Source of the DNA: Octopus bimaculoides
Lineage: Eukaryota
Length of the DNA stretch: 63,347 nucleotides
Assembly (NCBI RefSeq): GCF_001194135.2
Contig: NC_068981.1
Location: 121,416,659 to 121,480,005, forward strand
Reading direction: 5' to 3'
Shown here: piece by piece, positions 13,243-24,620 of the stretch
Position numbering within the stretch: position 1 is the first letter of the stretch
How the letters are laid out: each line of letters begins with the position of its first letter
Made by a program: the position numbers and the translations under genes
Notes under the pieces: generated by a model
Database searches by the model: none
What the model saw: only the letters and a program-made list of their open reading frames with translations
What the model was told of the DNA's origin: nothing

Positions 13243-13375
13243 TGTGTCTGGGGAGAGTCATTTTCTTTTTGTGCCTTATAATTTAACACACTCACCGGTA
13301 AAATTTCCACTTATTCCCTTTTATTTTTTCCAAAAATTTTCGTTGCGTCTTGCAACCTTTTCAATAGTCTTGACT
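13243..13375 (-). mobile_element. Penelope-type pLTR-like repeat carrying a minimal hammerhead motif
   Basis: Homologous to 27431-27560 in opposite orientation; hammerhead motif followed by A-rich tract and gtgagt donor-like motif. Confidence 0.6.
13331..13367 (-). ncRNA. Minimal type-I hammerhead ribozyme variant (U3/A8 core)
   Basis: Minus strand reads CTA TTGAAAA G GTTGC AAGAC GCAAC GAAAA TTT TTG: core, perfect 5-bp stem II, palindromic stem III, 3-bp stem I with one mismatch. Confidence 0.6.
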
Positions 13376-14019
13376 CTGTCCGTTATTTACACTGCGTTCC
13401 TTTTTGTTTGTTTGTGCGCACGTGTGTGGGTCAGTGTGTGTGTGTGCCTATGCATGAATGCATGTATGTATGTATATATGTATGTATGCATGTGTGTGTA
13501 TGTATATTTGTGTGTATGCATATGTGTATATGTATGTATGTGTGTGCATCTGTATGTATGTATTCTACATATTCATATGCTTGCTTGTCCGTGTTTGTGT
13601 ATTCTTTATGTATGTGTGTGTGTGTGTGAGCGTGTGTTTGTATATGTATGCACCTCTGTCTCCTTGTGTGTGCATGTTTGTGTATGTGTGTGTGTGTGTG
13701 TTTTGCAACTATGTACCATGTTTGTATGTATGGATGTGCATATCCATATGTGTGGACACGCGTCTCCATATGTGACCTTGTGTGAAGTAAAGTGTGTGTG
13801 TATATATGGTCATGTGTTTCAGCCTCCATTTGCGTATGTGGGCTTGTCTATTCATATAACTTATGTACCTATCCATCTGTATGTTGATCTGTTTATTTTC
13901 ATATTCATATGCTTACATATGTGTGCATATACACATATATACCCCCCCCCCCACACACATACATACATCTATCTACATAACAGTAAAATTAGTACTTGCA
14001 ACCACTCCAACGACTCAAA

Positions 14020-14459
14020 GATTGTGTAGTGGGTAATATGGATGTGATTTCACTCTACCCATTTATAGACATAGATTTTGCTGTGGAGAAATGCATTCAG
14101 GTAATCTGTGAGAGTGAGGTGGAATTCCGTAAGGTCAACATGAAGGAAATGGACCTCCTCCTCAAATTATATTTTGACAGTAACTATTTAGGTGACCATG
14201 ACCTCAGGTCACAGAGGGGAAGACCACCCACCGTCACTTCAGCAGTGAAGAAAAGCACCACAGAGCGCTGGAGTGGCTGGACCGCACCTACCCTGAGAAC
14301 AACGATCAGGTGAAAGAAACGATTGCAAATGCAGTAGGGGCCAGTGTAAAATCCACCTTAAAGAACCACATAGTAAAGTTTAACAAAAAGCTATACATGC
14401 AGGTTCAAGGTACAGCCATTGGTGTCGGTGTAGCTAGAGATGTGGCTGGCCTATCATAG
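14020..14459 (+). mobile_element. Penelope-like element reverse transcriptase fragment
   Basis: MDVISLYPFIDID (motif A-like), then after a frameshift LKNHIVKFNKKLYMQVQGTAIG (motif B-like). Confidence 0.75.
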
Positions 14460-14885
14460 TTAGGACCAACTCTAGTAACGGTAATGTAGAAACTGAGAAG
14501 AACGTAATGCTTGATAAAACTTGTATATATAAAAATATACCTCTGAACGTGGAGGGACATTTGAATCAATTCCTCGAAATACACTTCGTTAGGGAATTCG
14601 CGGCATGTACTGTATGAACTTACGCTGGTATATCGTTTAATGTTGCTATGAATATAAATTTCTAAACTTTTCCCAAGCTGTATATTTTATGAAATATGGA
14701 AAACATTGCTCTCAGTTAACTCCAAAAAAATTGTTCTAACAGAAAATCGCCATTGATCCCATTTTCAGACAGTTTTCATCACTTCCTCAATGTGTCTCTG
14801 TATACATGTGAGGTTCTCAGTCTCCGTCTTCTCTTTTCTAATTATTTCAGAGGGTGAGAGGGGAAAGGAGGAGGGAAAGAAAGAA

Positions 14886-15090
14886 ATATTGGTTTTAAGA
14901 TTTGGCACAAGGCGAGCACATTCGGGGAAGGGGATAAGTCAACCCCATTGCTGAACTGGTATTTTATCGACCCCGAAAGGATGAAAGCAAAGTCGGTCTC
15001 AGCGGAATTTGAAGTCAGACCGTAAACTAGGGAAGATTGGTGCTATAAGTTTTGTCCGGCGCGGTAACAATTCGGCCAGTTCGCTACCTT
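14886..15090 (-). mobile_element. SINE family B
   Basis: atcgaccccgaaaggatgaaag core, tail and head present. Confidence 0.85.
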
Positions 15091-15102
15091 AGGACAGATA
15101 TA

Positions 15103-15321
15103 AATATTAGTTTCAAATTTTGACACAACGTCAGTAATTTCGGTAAAGCGCGTAAGCCGAATACGTCGACGCCTTTGCTCAACTGGTACTTATTTTATCG
15201 ATGTTCAAAATGATGAATGCAAAAGTCGACCTCCGTGGAATTTGAAATCAGAACATAAAGGCGGACAAAATGCCGTTAGCATTTTGCCCGACATGATAAC
15301 GATTCTGTCAGCTCACCGCCC
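15103..15321 (-). mobile_element. SINE family B, tandem with the previous copy
   Basis: gtcgacctccgtggaatttgaaatcagaac core, head gctcaccgcc. Confidence 0.85.
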
Positions 15322-16877
15322 TAGGAAGCAGAGATATATTGAAATGGGACTGAAGAAGGGAGAAACACAGTAATTTGACGTCATGGAAATGTGCCGACGC
15401 TGTTATCACACTCGTTTTACTATCTCCATCTCTATGGCTCTCTTCTCAATATGCCTTTTATTACATGGCTGTCTTCTACTTTCATGTAGAAAGAGAGAGG
15501 GAGAGAGAGAGGGAGAGAGAGAAAGACAGAGAGAGATGCGAAGATAGGATATGAGAAAGTGAGAGAAAGAGAGAGAGAGAAAGAGAGAGTGGGGGAGGGA
15601 GGAAACGACAAAATAGGTACTAGTTGATGAATGGGGTCGATTTCATCGACCTAATCCCTTTCCTGAACATGCTGGGCTTGTGCCGCAATTGGAAACCAAT
15701 ATCTTAAATAAGCATATTACCGCACATATTCAGAAAAAAGCCATGATCATTTTCATGGTATCCAGTACCTAACTGATACTTTATTTTATCTGTTCTAGAC
15801 GTCACTCTGTAAAGGCTGTCGAACAAGCTATATGGAAGAATGTAACCAGGTACCTCAATATATTTGGTATGATTTTTGTTTTACTCATTACATTTTTCAC
15901 AGTCAACTAGGAGATGACATATTAAAAACAACCACAATTTGATGATCGAAGTCTATCGTTTCAGTACTAATCAGGTTACTATGATATTGTAGCCAATGAA
16001 ACGGGACTAGCTATTTCTCGCGCATGAGAAATCTTTATCCTTCGAGCTTTGACAGTCGAGATGTTTGTCATCTGGAACTTATAAGAAATAATAAATCGAC
16101 CTAAAGAGATACTATTATTTGACGTTTAAACGCAATAATAGCAGAATCTTTGGAATCTATATTTCATACTTATCAAATGGTGCTGTTAAAGATCTTGTTT
16201 TAATCTATCTTATGTAAATCTGTCCAACAGTAAAAGATTGACTCTATCAGATCTGTTTCTAATACTCGTAAAGTTCCAGTAATTATTGATATTTCTCACA
16301 TTTGTCTGCTTATGTCCAAACAAAATATATGAAAACTATTGAGCTGATAAAATAATGTGTTATGTTAGTAAGTTGTTGTGAAAGCTGCAGGTGGTTTATT
16401 TAAATTTAGATGAAATGCAAAGTTTAATTCAGGTATAACTAAGAATATGTGAGTATGTATTTAATTAGAACTTAAGATGCAACTGTGATACAGGTGTACA
16501 TATATTATTACTTACAGATGTATAAGTATATATATATNNNNNNNNNNNNNNNNNNNNNNNNNNNNNNNNNNNNNNNNNNNNNNNNNNNNNNNNNNNNNNN
16601 NNNNNNNNNNNNNNNNNNNNNNNNNNNNNNNNNNNNNNNNNNNNNNNNNNNNNNNNNNNNNNNNNNNNNNNNNNNNNNNNNNNNNNNNNNNNNNNNNNNN
16701 NNNNNNNNNNNNNNNNNNNNNNNNNNNNNNNNNNNNNNNNNNNNNNNNNNNNNNNNNNNNNNNNNNNNNNNNNNNNNNNNNNNNNNNNNNNNNNNNNNNN
16801 NNNNNNNNNNNNNNNNNNNNNNNNNNNNNNNNNNNNNNNNNNNNNNNNNNNNNNNNNNNNNNNNNNNNNNNNNNNNN

Positions 16878-17785
16878 CATATGAAGAAAAGAAGGGTAAA
16901 GATGCCGCTTGCTAAAAATCAAATCGACAGCTTCAAAAAACAACCAATGCACACATGAGCAATGCAATCAATATTTAAAATAGGCCTACCTTCAGAATGG
17001 AATTTTAAGATAGTTAATATATATCCCCAGATCAATTGATTTCATTGCTCTGCAATCATCGGTTGGAAATAGTATTTGACATCTATTTCTAAAATATTCA
17101 CTACGTCACCTTGTGTGCATTTCTAACTTTAAACGTCTCGCTTCGTTTAAAAAGAAACTATCGCAAACAATAAAAATGTAAATATGCAAAGTATTATTAC
17201 CGTAGAATTGGTGGTTTTTTGAAGCTATCGCTTTGATTTCTTTGCAAGCGGTATCATTACCATTCTTTTCTTCATATATTTTATATTATACCTGTGTAGG
17301 TAGAAGTCCTGCTACCTACCTCTTTATTACTATTTTAACGGTAATAATACTTCACATATTTATACTTTTATTGTTTACGATAGTTTCTTTTTAAACGAAG
17401 CGGGACGTTTAAAGTTAGAAATGCACACAAGGTGACGTAGTGAATATTTTAGAAATAGACGTCAAATACTATTTCCAACCGATGATTGCAGAGCATGTTT
17501 GTCATACATAGCATGAAATCAATCGATATTGGGATATATATCAACTATCTTCATATTCCATTCTGAAGGTAGACCTATTTTTTTTTATATTCATTGAATT
17601 GTTCGTGTGTGTATTTATCGTGGAATTGGTGGTTTTTGAAGCTATCGCTTTGATTTTTAGCCAGCTGTAACTTTACTCTTCTTTTCTTCAAATATTTTAT
17701 ATTATACCTGAATAGGTTGAAATCTTGCTAGCCACCTCTTTATTACTGTTTTAACGGTAATAATACTTCATATATTTACATTTTT
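16878..17785. repeat. Foldback: inverted repeat with ~325-355 bp arms plus ~420-bp-period direct repeat
   Basis: 16878-17203 is the reverse complement of 17338-17692; loop 17204-17337 recurs directly at ~17623-17757. Confidence 0.9.
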
Positions 17786-17849
17786 TAAAAATATATATAT
17801 ATATATATTACGTTTATGTAAAACAAAAACAGGAAGAGACTAAACAGAA

Positions 17850-19125
17850 CAGGAGAGAAACGTGGGATGGAGAATCACGGAAATGGTCACAGGATGTGTG
17901 ACGATAGATTTGGGGCAAAGTACATTAAAATAACAACAAACTATTATAAAATAATAAGAGTTGAACTTGGAAAGTACTTAGAAACAAAAAATGGAACATT
18001 ACTGCATGTATTAAAGCAACACGAGAAAAAGAAAACGCTTTTCTCTATACACAAGGAGACGACAAAATACAAAACAAGCAAACTACACTGATAAACTGAT
18101 CTCAGATGACAACATAGCAGAAATGGTTAAAGAGACAGAAAACAACATAGACACAGAATTAGAAAAGATACTGATGTAGAAATGGAGAGAAAAATCTCTG
18201 AACGACCAATAACCTGCAAAGCTTGAGAGAGAGGAATTGAGCTTTGGTTAAAAACCAAAACTGGTTAAAAAGCTCTGGACTAGAAGCTGAAACGGAAGGA
18301 TCGATTCTTACTGCACACGATTAACAATTATAAAAGCAAAATAATGAAAACAGACTCTAACACTAAAGCAGAATTTGCAACCAGCACAATGAGACAGTTA
18401 ACCACATCATCTCTGGATGTCCAGTCCTTGCCAAATCTGAACATATATATACGACACTACCGAGTAAGTAGCTATACTCACTGGAGAATATGCCAACATT
18501 ACAACATTAAAACTTACAATAGGTAGTATAAACATGTGCCAAACAAGGTGCAAGACAACGATCAATCAACAATCATCTGGGATATGCCGGTTAAAATCCA
18601 TAAAGATAAAAGCTAGTCGCTTAGACATAATAATCAAGGATTGGGGAAAAAACACCTACTCACTGATAGATATTGCAGTCCCTTTTGATCAAAATATTGT
18701 CCAAAAAGAAGTGGAGAAATTGTCAGTCAAAGAATTTGACAAAATCAGTAAATATAAAGACTTGCTAATAGAAATTGAAAAAATGTGGCATCTCAAGGCG
18801 ACTACCAGCGATTGTAGGATATCTAGAAATAATAAAAAAAGGTACTGAAACCTATTTGAAAATGATACCAGGCCTACCATCCTTACAAGAAGTGCAAAAA
18901 ATCGTGTTAACTGGAACGACTCATGTACTAAGAAGAGCATTATCGCTGTGATAACAACATCTAGTCATGAATTTATTTATTTATTTATTTTTTTACATAC
19001 TTATTTTACTTTTGAATTTGCGTGTGTAAACTGGGAATGCATACAATGAGCTTCTCTGCCCTAGGGGTACGGAAAACACTAGGCGAGAAATGGAAGAAAA
19101 TTTGAAGATGGAAGAAAAAAATAGT
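17850..19125 (+). mobile_element. 5'-truncated R4/Dong-like RLE LINE (3' part), decayed
   Basis: GLEAETEG, RICNQHNETVNHIISGCPVLAK (CCHC), SRLDIIIKD..LIDIAVPFDQN (RLE), KYKDLLIEIEKMW, LQEVQKIVLTGTTHVLRRAL*. Confidence 0.85.
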
Positions 19126-19220
19126 AATCCTTTTTACTATGGGTACAAGGCCTGAAATTGGGAAGGAGGGGACTAGTCGATTACATCAACCACAGTGTTT
19201 ATCGACCCCAAAAGGATAAA
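19121..19220 (-). mobile_element. SINE family B, 3' half
   Basis: Tail and atcgaccccaaaaggat core. Confidence 0.75.
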
Positions 19221-19242
19221 ATAATCATAATAATAGGCTCTC

Positions 19243-19445
19243 ATGGCTTCGGATCATAACTGCTTGGAAGTGTTATCATGTACCCTATGCGCTGTTTATC
19301 TTAATATAAGATAACCATATCGTGCACATATGGTTGTGATGTATGTTCCTGGTTTAGCTTATTAGGCGGGTAGTCATGATGAGTATACTGGACTTCGTAT
19401 ATTTTATCCCAGTGTCACATTCATAGCGTGAACTGCTCTCACTGC
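19243..19445 (+). mobile_element. Repeat family D, partial copy
   Basis: 19289-19445 matches the 3' part of 24090-24514. Confidence 0.75.
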
Positions 19446-19941
19446 TTTGCCATAAGGCTAGCTGTACAACGCCAAAGAAAGTTAAACATTTGTTCTTCCT
19501 CTTTTATTTATTTTTGTTTTGTTTAACTTCTCCAAATATTCCTATCTAGCTACTGTAATGAAACGACCGCTTTACTAGCAGTACAACGCCAAATAAATTT
19601 AGTTAAACATTTGTTCTTCCTCTTTTATTTATTATTTTTTGTTTATTTTCTCCAAATATTTCCAAGTAGCTATACTAATAAAAAGAGCCGTTGCCATGAG
19701 ACTACAACTACAACGCCAAAGAAATTTAGTTCTTCCTGGTTTCTATTTTTTTTCTGTTTATCCTCTTCAAATATTCTTATCTAGCTACTGTAATGCAAAG
19801 ACCGCTTTGCCATGAGGCTATCAGTACAACTCCAAAGAATGTTAGTTAAACGTTTGTTCGTCCTCTTTTCTTTATTGTTTTGTTATCTTTTCCAAATATT
19901 CCTATCTAGACACTGTAATGAAAAGACCGCTTTGCCATAAG
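19446..19941 (+). repeat. Tandem array of four 116-127 bp monomers
   Basis: Anchor tacaac(g/t)ccaaa at 19465, 19582, 19709, 19825; shared ccaaatattcctatctagctactgtaatg and gaccgctttgccat segments. Confidence 0.9.
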
Positions 19942-22900
19942 ACCGATGCGCCCACCCTCTTTACACCCACCACATTTTCCCTGCATTCAAACTGGGAGCG
20001 AGGCAATTAATCCATTTTTTCTTCGGTCGGGACGTTGGCGTCTAAACTGACAATCCCGCAGAACTTGCTCTCTGAGGAGAGTGTACGATTCTTGCTATTT
20101 TGACACCCTACAGGAAGAAAAACAAGACCATTATAAAGGCTAATGAACACTTACGAGGCAATGACCACTAAAACAGCATATACCTAAGAGGCAGAAGCAA
20201 TCAGAACGCTTGAACACCCCTTCTAGGAGACGGAAACTTCAAAAATTAAACCAGGATTACAGGATTCCTATATCCTAGGGTGGAAATCCTGTCAGTGATG
20301 GTGTCACGGGGAAACAATACTGGTGGTTGTGCAACCTAAAATTCACTAACCCTCATCATGAGTGTTGAAATATTAAATAAAAATAGAAATGAGAACGGAG
20401 TGAATGAGGCTGGGACACCTTGTGAAAGTCTCTCGCCCGGCGGGTGCCCCATTAGTGAGCAGCGTGCACCCAGTCATCATCAAACAACTGCTAAAAGAAG
20501 GTGGACAAAAGAAATGAATGCGGTTGTAATGGAGTGCTACTTTCTGGGTAATCGGGAAAATGATAATGAAGTACCCGCTAGGGAATATAGTAAAAGAATG
20601 CACAGAGCATGGAACGACAGAGGCCTATTTTGAATTAAGTGAACAAAATCTGTGTGACCAGACTAGAGCCTTCAGAAAGAATGAATGGTTATCTCCAGTT
20701 GAACCAGAAAGCATTAAGAGACGGGTGTTTGGGTATAGTAAGACCAGCGGTGAACGGAAGGATGAGGAAGGGAATGCAGATAGTGAAACTATGGCAGTCG
20801 AGTTAAAGGAAGGAAACGAGCATGAGATTGAGATTATTGATTCGGAAAGCGATGAGAGAACCGAGGAACAGATATCAATTGTATATGAAATCATTGATAT
20901 TTGGACTTCTGGTGAACAGAGCTTTCATACGGGGTTTAAAAGAAGTAGACTCAAAGAAACTCAATGAATGGGTCAGGAAGATAAATGATATCACGGGACT
21001 GACAACATCACAGACACCAACAATCTGATAAATGCAATCTCGATCTGTATAGCCCGGAAGTTAGGTTTGAAAGCCAAGGCGGAAAAGGAGAATAACGCAG
21101 TCTGTTAACGAGACCAGAAAACATTAATATTCTGGAACCGAAAAAAATAAATGAAGTTCAGCGTGAGAAAAATGTTGAGCTAGATAGGAAGTATAGAGTG
21201 AAGAGAAAGGGAATGAATGTTGTGATTGAGGAATTAAAACAGCGGTTGAAAGCTAAAGCACATAAACTAAAGAGGTATGATCAGAGAATTGAGCAATACA
21301 GATTAAACAGATTTTTCAAACAAAATCAGAAATGAGTCTACCAGGAACTGATGTGAAAGAAAAAGATGAAAAAGCCCTGCCTGATGCTGAAGAAAGCAAA
21401 AGATTCTGGTCAAACATATAATCTCAGGAGAAACAATACGAAACTGAAGCAGAGTGGTTTAAGACACTCAAAGAGGAGGATGGGGAATACCAGGAGAAGG
21501 ATTTGAGAATAACCGAGGTGGTGATTAGAGATCAGTGCAGGAAAATTCCTAGCTGGAAAGTGCCTGGCCCAGATGGGGTTCAGGGCTTTTGACAGCTCTG
21601 CACAGGAGAATTATTTTCTACTCTAAGCACAAGGCCCGAAATTTGTGGGGAGGGGTCCAGTTGATTATATCGACCCCAGTACGCAACTGGTACTTAATTT
21701 ATCGACCCCGAAAGGATGAAAGGCAAAGTCAACCTCGGCGGAATTTGAACTCAGAACGTAACGACAGACGAATACCGCTAATCATTTCGCTCGGTGTGCT
21801 AACGATTCCGCCAGCTCACCGCCCTTTCTCCACAGGAGAATTGCGAGACAGATGGACGAAATATTAAGTAGTGACATCCGAGTACCGGCCTAGATGACAA
21901 AAGGAAGAACTATGCCAGAGGACCCAAATAAAGAGAATGCGGTTGGAAATTTCCGACCAATATCTTGTTTACCACTCATGTGGAAACTGATGACGGGCAT
22001 CATATCAAACAGCATCTATGAGTACCTAGGTGAGAACGACCTACTACCAGTGGAACAAAGAGTGTGTAGATGTAAGAGCAGAGGAGCGAAGGGTCAATTA
22101 CTAATCGATAAGGCTATCCTGGGTGACTGCAAGAAGAGACTCAACATTTTGGCGATGGCATGAGTGGACTACAGGAAAGCATATGACATGGTCCTACACT
22201 CATGGATTATTGAATGCCTTAAACTGTTTAAGGTCTCCCACAATATCCTGAAGTGAATACAAAACTCAATGACAACGTGGCGAACTGAACTCACAGGATG
22301 GGGAGATAAGCTGGGAGAGGTAAATATCAAAAGGGGGTTCTTTGAAGACGACAGTCTTTCGCCTCTCCTATTTGTTGTCTGCATAATGTCAGTAACGAGC
22401 GTTTTAAGAAAGATGTATGGTGGGTACATGCTACGCAGAGTGAAAGTAAACAACCTCTAGTTTTATGGATGACTTAAAGCTATTCGCTGAGACTGAATAA
22501 GAAACTGAGGGTTTGACGGCAACTGTGCAGATGATTTGCAAAGATATTGGCATAGAATTTGAGATCGAGAAATGTGGTGTAATGATTATCAAAGTGGGGA
22601 GATCAGTAAAAGCCACGGGATCAAAATGGAAAGTGGTGAAACTATAAATGAAGTCGGAGAGGAAGGATATAAGTACGATGAATGAACACAAGATGAAATA
22701 AATGTACAGGAAAGAGTATTTGAGTAGAACTCGGCTTGTGCTCCAATCGAAGCTAAATGGCTGCTATAAGATTAGAGCAATTAACACGTGGGCGGTTGCT
22801 TTGATGAGACATGGGCAGGACTAATATCTTGGAAGAAGCATGAATTAGAAGAGATAGACTGCAGAACACGTAAATTAATGACAATGAACCAGGAACTACA

Positions 22901-23970
22901 TCCCAAGAGTGATGCGTCAAGATTGTATGTAAAGAGGAAAGGAGGACGGTGATTGGTGTGCTGTGATGGTTGTGTAAGGGAGAAGGAAAATAGCCTGGTT
23001 TGGTATGTCAAGGGGAGTAAAGAAGAAATGAATGAAGCAGTGAAAATGCAGGGAACCTTAAAAATGAACGACGCCTTAGATCTAATACAATTTAAGAAAG
23101 ACCAGAGAGAGTAGATGAAGAAAATTTGGCTGGACAAAATAATGTACAGTCAGTTTTTGAAGGATAAAGATGAGATTCATTGGAATAGAACCTGGCAATG
23201 GCTGCAGAATGGAGACTTAAAAGGGCTTACTGTGGCATTAGTATGTAGCGCTCATGAACAAGCTCTCAGAACAACCTACTTCAAATATCACATTGATAAA
23301 AGCACTCGCCACAGTGTAGGATGTGCTCTGAGAAGGGAGAAAGTATGAGCCATATTGTTAGTGAGTGGGGTAAGCTCGCAAAACGCGAATACAAAAGGAG
23401 ACACGACAATGTTGCCGGATATGTCCACTGGCTGTTGTGCGGTAAAGCAATACTCGAGAGAGCCGAACAAAGGTATGAGCAGAAGCCAGGGGGAGTAATG
23501 GAAAATGAACTTTACAAAATGCTCTGATATTTGAAAATGCAGTACGACCAAATCATAGAGGCGAGACGACCAGATATCGTGCTCATCCATAACGATGAAA
23601 AAGAAGTACAGATAATAGCAGGCGATTCGAGGATGAAATATAAGGAAACAGAAAAGATTAAGAAATACCAGCCACTCCGGGACGAGATAGGAAAGTTATG
23701 GGACATAAGGAAAGTAATAATGATACCGGTGGTAATTGGAGCATTTGGAGCAGTTTCAAAGGGCTTTGAAAAACATTAAAAATATTGGAGCTGCTGTCAG
23801 GCGCGAGGTGATCCAGAAGGCAGTATTGTTGAGTACAGCTCGCATTCTAACGAGAGTATTGTCTATTTGAGTCACAAGAGAAGACACTACTTGAAACGTT
23901 TGGTGATTTGTTATTGCCTGCTTTTAAATAAAGAGTAACCGGTAATTAACTATCCGAGAGTCTTTCAGAA
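19942..23970 (+). mobile_element. Near-full-length R4/Dong-like non-LTR retrotransposon (Myb-like N-terminus, RT, CCHC, RLE), inactivated; coding region ~20358-23870
   Basis: KRRWTKEMNAVVMECYF; RT motifs [44 protein letters not shown]; SMSHIVSE..LAKREYKRRHDNVA; RRPDIVLI; PVVIGAFGAV; decayed AAT/AAC tail; many stops and frameshifts. Confidence 0.92.
21613..21830 (-). mobile_element. SINE family B inserted into the LINE RT with a 12-bp TSD
   Basis: cacaggagaatt at 21601-21612 and 21831-21842; removing the SINE restores LTALHRRIARQMDEIL. Confidence 0.95.
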
Positions 23971-24089
23971 TAACAACAACAGCTGAAACCACCACTGCAA
24001 CAACAACAATAACAACAACAGCAGCAGCAACAACAACAACAACAACAACAAAAACAACAAAAGCAACAAGAATAATAATAAAAGATGGA

Positions 24090-24542
24090 CTATAGCAAAT
24101 ATTCTGCTCCATACCACAGATTTCCTTGTCAGTTGTTTGACGTTAACCCTGACCCTTAGTGACTGGGAATATGTGCATTTCTGATCACCAGCGGTAGTAG
24201 TGGGGAAGCATCATAGCCATGTGTTCAAAGAAATTTTGTGGGGTTTGAATAATTCACCTTTGAAAACATGAATGTTTCGTTCAATATCCTTAAACAGCCC
24301 TTATTCAGTGGTCTTTTGAGCGGGATGGGCTACTCGACCTCAAGAAAATTCTAACTGGGCCTCACCCGCAAGATCATGCACTGTTTATCTTGATATAATA
24401 TCGCCATGTCGCGCACAAATGGTTATGATGCATGTGCTTGGATAGTCATGATGGGTATATTGGGCTTCGTATATTTTACCCCAGTGTCACTTTCATGGCA
24501 TGCATTGCTCTCTCAATACTACTACTACTACTACTACTACTG

Positions 24543-24608
<66 letters not shown>

Positions 24609-24620
24609 GTAATAATAATA
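24090..24620 (+). mobile_element. Repeat family D: ~425-bp SINE-like element with (ACT)n(AAT)n tail, no obvious A/B boxes
   Basis: Second partial copy at 19289-19445; simple-repeat 3' tail. Confidence 0.7.
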
